Positions 58,870 through 64,000 of a stretch of DNA of 64,000 nt are shown here, in pieces. A program made the translations under genes and the position numbers. Under the pieces are notes generated by a model. It saw nothing but the letters and a program-made list of their open reading frames with translations, was not told the DNA's origin and made no database searches. The DNA comes from Trichoplax adhaerens (Eukaryota > Animalia > Placozoa): contig NW_002060947.1 in NCBI RefSeq assembly GCF_000150275.1, positions 6,835,648-6,899,647 of the forward strand, in the 5' to 3' direction. Each line of letters begins with the position of its first letter. The first letter of the stretch is position 1.

Positions 58870-60050
58870 GTTCGTACTGTACAGTACTATCTCATCCCAT
58901 GCAATACTGTAGGACCGTACATAGTACTGTCGTCGTTTCTATTGTACTGAAGAGACCTTTTATTGTACGAGCTAGACAGCGAGCGTATCACGGTACAGTA
59001 CCGTACAGGCGGGCTGTATTGTACTGCAGACAAATTTTGGCGACCCATGAACTTTCCTTTAACTAGTAGAAGAGTACGGCCGCAGCATGACTAAGCGTAA
59101 CACAAGGCAAACCGTACTGTACCCGTACAGTACAATAGCTGAGGACCACTACTGTAGACCTACAGTACAGACTGTACACTGTACACTTGAACCTTAACAG
59201 GTCAGAGTACTGTACAGTACAGTGTACCGTACCGATACCGTAGACTGTCATAAGTACAAGTCGTGCGTGATGTCACGGTGAATTATCCAGTGGTGAATCG
59301 CCTGCGGTGAATGAACCGAGTCAGTGATGTTACGGCTAGTTTATCAAAAATGGCCTGTATAGACCAAAGATGCGATCATGTTCTAGTAATTTTTACAATA
59401 TTAGATAAAAAAAGAACACAGCGGTACAAATTTTCATTAGTTAGTAAGAAGTAAGTAAAAGTCAACCAGGCAGAGCCCCAATTCATAGTCAAGCAGACTA
59501 CCTACAGTACTGTACAGTACAGTACATTGTACCGCTAGTAGTCCACTGTGTACTGTATTGTACAGTATGCGACGTGAAACAACTGTAGATAAGGACAATT
59601 GTTCGCAGAATGAGTTGTATTGCCAATTGGCCATGACGTCACAAGAGTAATGTAGGAATGGAAGTGAATGGCAGGCAACATGACGCCTGCTTGCCATCAA
59701 TGTAGACTGTACGACGTGTTACTGTACTGTATGATTACTTCAGATCATGATTAAACTCTCAAATAGCAACAGACTTTTCTATGAAATGATCACTTTTTAC
59801 GGACAACCAACTAAAAAAAAAATCCAGAGTATAAAAACGCGTAGATTGTTAACAGACTCATCTCATGATATTGTTATTTATTAATTAATCATTTAATGTA
59901 CCGTACTGTACATCTACGACCAAGACTGGATGCAGTCAGAAGAAATGTTCGTGGTTGACGCTACGTTTCAATGAACTTCCGCTGAATTAACTGGCCACGT
60001 ACAAACTACTGTACCGAGTACAATGTACTGTACACTGTACAGTATAGCAG
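58870..60050. repeat. Low-complexity field rich in TACTGTA/TACAGTA/TACCGTA motifs
   Basis: More than twenty TACTGT/ACAGTA occurrences by eye; the exact palindrome GTACTGTACAGTAC at 58874, 59207 and 59507. Confidence 0.85.
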
Positions 60051-60493
60051 ACAATTTACTTTACTCTGTAGTGATGATGCGACCTTCTCCAAAATGGCTA
60101 AGACGCGGTGCTTTGGTCCATAGAGCATAAGCGTTAACTGTTGTACACGTATTGTAGCTGTTGCATCGTCGAACACAACTACCATTCTGAGTATAAAATT
60201 AAACTATTTTATTAAAATACGAGCTCGATTCATTTCATGGATGCTCATATTGGTCCTACAAGGACAAATAGCAAACCAGGTGAGATGATGACGTGCAAGG
60301 TTCACCTTTGTTCACGGTGAAATGGTCAAAAAATTTCATTGATATCCAAGGGGCTTTGAAAGCGCGTAAAAGAGAAAATGGCGGCCTCAGGCCAGTTTCA
60401 AGTTCACTGAGGTGCCGTGCCATAAACTATCATACCGGAAGGAAATCGACATTACTAGCATACATTAAATCATTCCATTACTTGGCATATCAT

Positions 60494-60755
60494 AAGCATA
60501 TTTAGGAATGAATATCAAAAATTCATATAGCTGCTAATATGATGTGGGTCTACTAACGGATGGAGCGTTCGAATGCTTTCAAGTTCGTAAACATTGTAGA
60601 CAAATCAAAAATACGAGACAAATTAATAAATTAATATTAATGCCGCTAATGGATTAAATTGCCGAAAAATACCATGATGCACTATTGGATGCTATTAGTG
60701 CACACATCATATTAGCAGCTATATGAATTTTTGATATTCATTCCTAAATAAGCTT
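60494..60755. mobile_element. MITE-like element with long terminal inverted repeats
   Basis: Perfect 48-bp inverted repeat 60499-60546 / 60703-60750 (TATTTAGGAATGAATATCAAAAATTCATATAGCTGCTAATATGATGTG), extendable to 53 bp with one mismatch; non-coding ~156-bp interior; outermost TA could be a target-site duplication. Confidence 0.75.
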
Positions 60756-63700
60756 GGCCTTGTAGTCTATCGGTCTGCGACATATTGGAAGCAGTAAAAT
60801 AATTCTATGATAGCAAAGTATCTTTTTATCGTACTATAAGCAACAAGAAATATTAATTCTTTGTATCGCTTACACAATTTTTTAAATACTAAGACAGGAC
60901 TACCGACAGTAAACTCTAAATTGGAAAAATCGATCAAGAAAAGCAAACATAGATTTTAGATTATCGAGTTTAGTAGTCCTTGGCTAAGGTTGCTTTTGTG
61001 CTGTACGCGTTCATATATACGTATATAAGAGTATTTACCTACTTACGCGTAGGTGAAATTACTACCAATGGCTGATTCGTTTTTGCTGAATTGAACTAGT
61101 CTGCACATTAGAATCGACGCGTAAAATGATTCTTCAAAAAATCTCAATCAAATGAACTAGGATTAATAAACTTCCAGTCCATCAAATTTCAATCTTACAC
61201 TATCTCTTGAAAATTCTAACATAAAAATGATCAAAGTGGAGTTCTAAAAATTCTTGATTTCAGATGTGTGTAGGATTATTGTCGCTACCCCTACTACAGG
61301 GATCCATGGAGCAGTGACACAGATAGCTTTCAATTAAAGCAGGCGATTTAATATGCGGGTAATTTGAACACAAATGATCTACTGAAAATTCAGTTATGAT
61401 CGATATAGTATGCATTTAGGAAATTAAGAACTGAAACGAGAAATCTCGTATTCTAGTCTCTTTCGCATCGACGAAAATGCGCATACGGGCCCGTATATGG
61501 CTTAAAATAGCGTTTTACATGCATACAAATGTATTGTCACAACCACACTTCGTATGACACAGAGATCAAACTAAAGTACCCTCTCTCTTAGCTATCTTAC
61601 GTCTAAAGTGATCCCATGCAGTTCTAAGACTGTAAACGAGCTGAACTCACAATGAGTACGATATAACTGATGAACTATTTATTTATTTAATAGCGTGCCT
61701 TATTACTAACAGATCAAATACAGTAACTCCTTTAATGAATAGAGAACGGACTGATATACTTTCTTAAGCCAATTGGTACAATCTTCAAATTAATCACCAA
61801 ACAAAATTAATAGCTTATTACACGCCGATTTGTACCTAGTTACTATAATATATTCATTGTTGAATTAAGTGCCTATAAATTAACTATTACCTGCGAGATT
61901 ACACTATTCGTACCACATTCGCCATCTTAATTATAACACTATAATTCCTATATTAAATAACTTAAACCCACACAAATCCATGAACGACCCAACTTAGCAC
62001 AGTTATAATACACGATTAACAACAAATACTTTTAAGTATCATAAGTAATTATTGACGACAAAACTAGGTCGTAACATGTATACTGCATATACGAGCACAT
62101 ATAATTGTAATGCAAATGGAATAACCATCGCATCTATTCTCTTGATATGAAGCATTACAATAAAATCTGTTAACCAACAATCTCTCTATAAATTTAATAT
62201 TAGTTTATGTGATGGCGAATACTATAAAGGAAATGCTAAATTGTCGAATAAATCTTGTATGTGGGAATAGAATTGAATGAAACCTTCAATAGATATAGAT
62301 TTGATTCTGCAAATAATGATCATTAAATATCAGTAATTGTTTCGATAGCGTTAAAGCGAGTTTTTGCTGGCGATAGCTTCATTTCCAGTGTCTCGTTTTC
62401 ATTTTCATACCCTTGCTAGGATGGGAATGTTTAATTAATTAATTAGTAAATCTAATTCAATTTTATTCTAACTAGTATGACGATAGAAAATATACCAATT
62501 AGAAATAGCATTTCATACTGAGACGCTGTTAACCTTCGTCACATTTATAATTAGAAATTGTTGTATAAGCTTGAAATAGCCAATTGGAATGTAGCACTAT
62601 GCAAATTTAACGAAATTAATACTGAGTTTCGAATGAAATCAATTATTTCCTTCAACTATAATGCTGACAGAGCTAGTAGCAATTTGAAATTATAGTAATA
62701 AACATCTATCAATATCATGAAGAAATTACTCGTCATGGAATATTTTGCAAGTCAAAACTTTGGTCCGAAATAATCATAACTTCAATAATTTTATTCAAAT
62801 GTAAGTTAGAGTAAGGCTATACTGATTGACCATTCATTAACTTCAATAGTATTGATAAATTCCAAATAATGTTCAGATGACTCATTCTTGAAGAGGAAAT
62901 TAGGATGAAAGTGCAAAATACGTATTTCAGTATATCAGAGTAATCAAATTACTTAGCTAAATACCACAATTAATTATCATGGCCAGTTGATGGGAACAAT
63001 GATAAATGCAATTTACATCCATTAAAATGCCAATTTATTAAGTAGTATTATGACTGTCGTAATCTTCGCTAGTCACAGATCAAAATATTACAAATCGTTC
63101 GGATTAAGTTCACAAATAGTTAGAATTAGTAGAAATGGTACTGGGATAATAAATTCTTATTTGCAATTGAGAAGATAGAATGACCTTAGAGTTGCTATAA
63201 AGAGCATTTACAGTTTGTTACTTTTTTGTTTACTAACAATCGATATATTTTAAATTTTACTTTAGCCCATTGTGAAAGTTATAGTTAAAGTTATGACATA
63301 TTAAGAATTGAACCAAAAGATTTTGAACTATCTCAGAAATTTTAGAAATCATAAATGCGGGTCCGTTCATGTTTATTTAATAAGGATTAAGTTCCCTAAA
63401 CGGTATTATAGATAAAGTTTGCACCGTCATTATGTTGCATAAAAACAATCCCTCCCCAGTAGTGTAGCAAAGCTTTATATCAATTTTCTGTTCTACGACG
63501 ATGGAGTACATGAAAAGAAAATGTTGTGTATTGAAGGTAAATAGCAATATAGATCATTGTTATCACGCCATTTTCCTTGTTAAGACTGAGAAAATGACAG
63601 TCGCACAATTCCGCTTCAATAGCGAAATTTTCGATTCTAACAATAAAAAGTAATAGATTATTCTTTGGAGGTCACGGGATTGCAAAATTATATTAATATT

Positions 63701-64000
63701 GCCTACTGTGATAAGACGTAACCTCGCGTAATATTTGCTTTACTTTCTTGATGTCCTGAAGAAATGGATACAAGGGAATAAATATCGAAGTTTAATCTTG
63801 CTATAGCATAATCTATCTTACATTATGAATTATTGATCAAAAAATTCAATCTTGTTTATAGTTATCAAGGTCATTAACATTATTTTGATATCAGAATTCC
63901 TTAATAATTTAATGCATTCAAAACATCTGCTTCCATTAAATATGAAACGCGTCCTAAGTATATTTTTAACTGCTGTAGTGTTAAAATTAATAACAATTCT

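Noticed and set aside
59063-59700. Minus-strand ORFs rich in C/T/V/Y/S (59063-59251, 59437-59700)
   Set aside because: Translations of the TACTGTA/TACAGTA low-complexity field; no domain similarity.
60293-60505. 70-aa ORF as a transposase fragment beside the MITE
   Set aside because: GTG start and no DDE or HTH motif recognisable.

Overview
AT-rich eukaryotic (animal) genomic DNA with short GT-AG introns. The composition, compact introns and intronless GPCR paralogues suggest an early-branching metazoan such as a placozoan (Trichoplax-like); this is inference only. Left to right: (1) two tandem, collinear TRPA1-type ankyrin-repeat cation channel genes on + (the first lacks its 5' exon in the window; the second is complete with 25 exons); (2) two single-coding-exon class A GPCR paralogues on -; (3) an ~18-kb stretch with no recognisable gene, carrying several old, diverged ~120-240-bp tandem duplications; (4) a PPM1H/J/M-type PP2C phosphatase on +, convergent with (5) ubiquitin-activating enzyme UBA1 on -; (6) upstream of UBA1, a repeat/transposon-relic zone with a higher-order 61-bp array, a dense field of TA-CAG-TA/TA-CTG-TA/TA-CCG-TA motifs resembling Tc1/mariner excision footprints, and a MITE-like inverted repeat. 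Best leads: UBA1 keeps the nuclear/cytoplasmic two-start architecture (weak Met1, NLS, strong Met42); both TRPA paralogues lack most human electrophile-sensor cysteines and the S2-S3 Ca2+ site; PPM1H starts with a myristoylation motif preceded by an apparent relic of the amphipathic helix; both GPCRs lack CWxP, have NPxxF and share a HITR motif. Exon boundaries were read by eye and human reference residues are from memory, so both need alignment checks.
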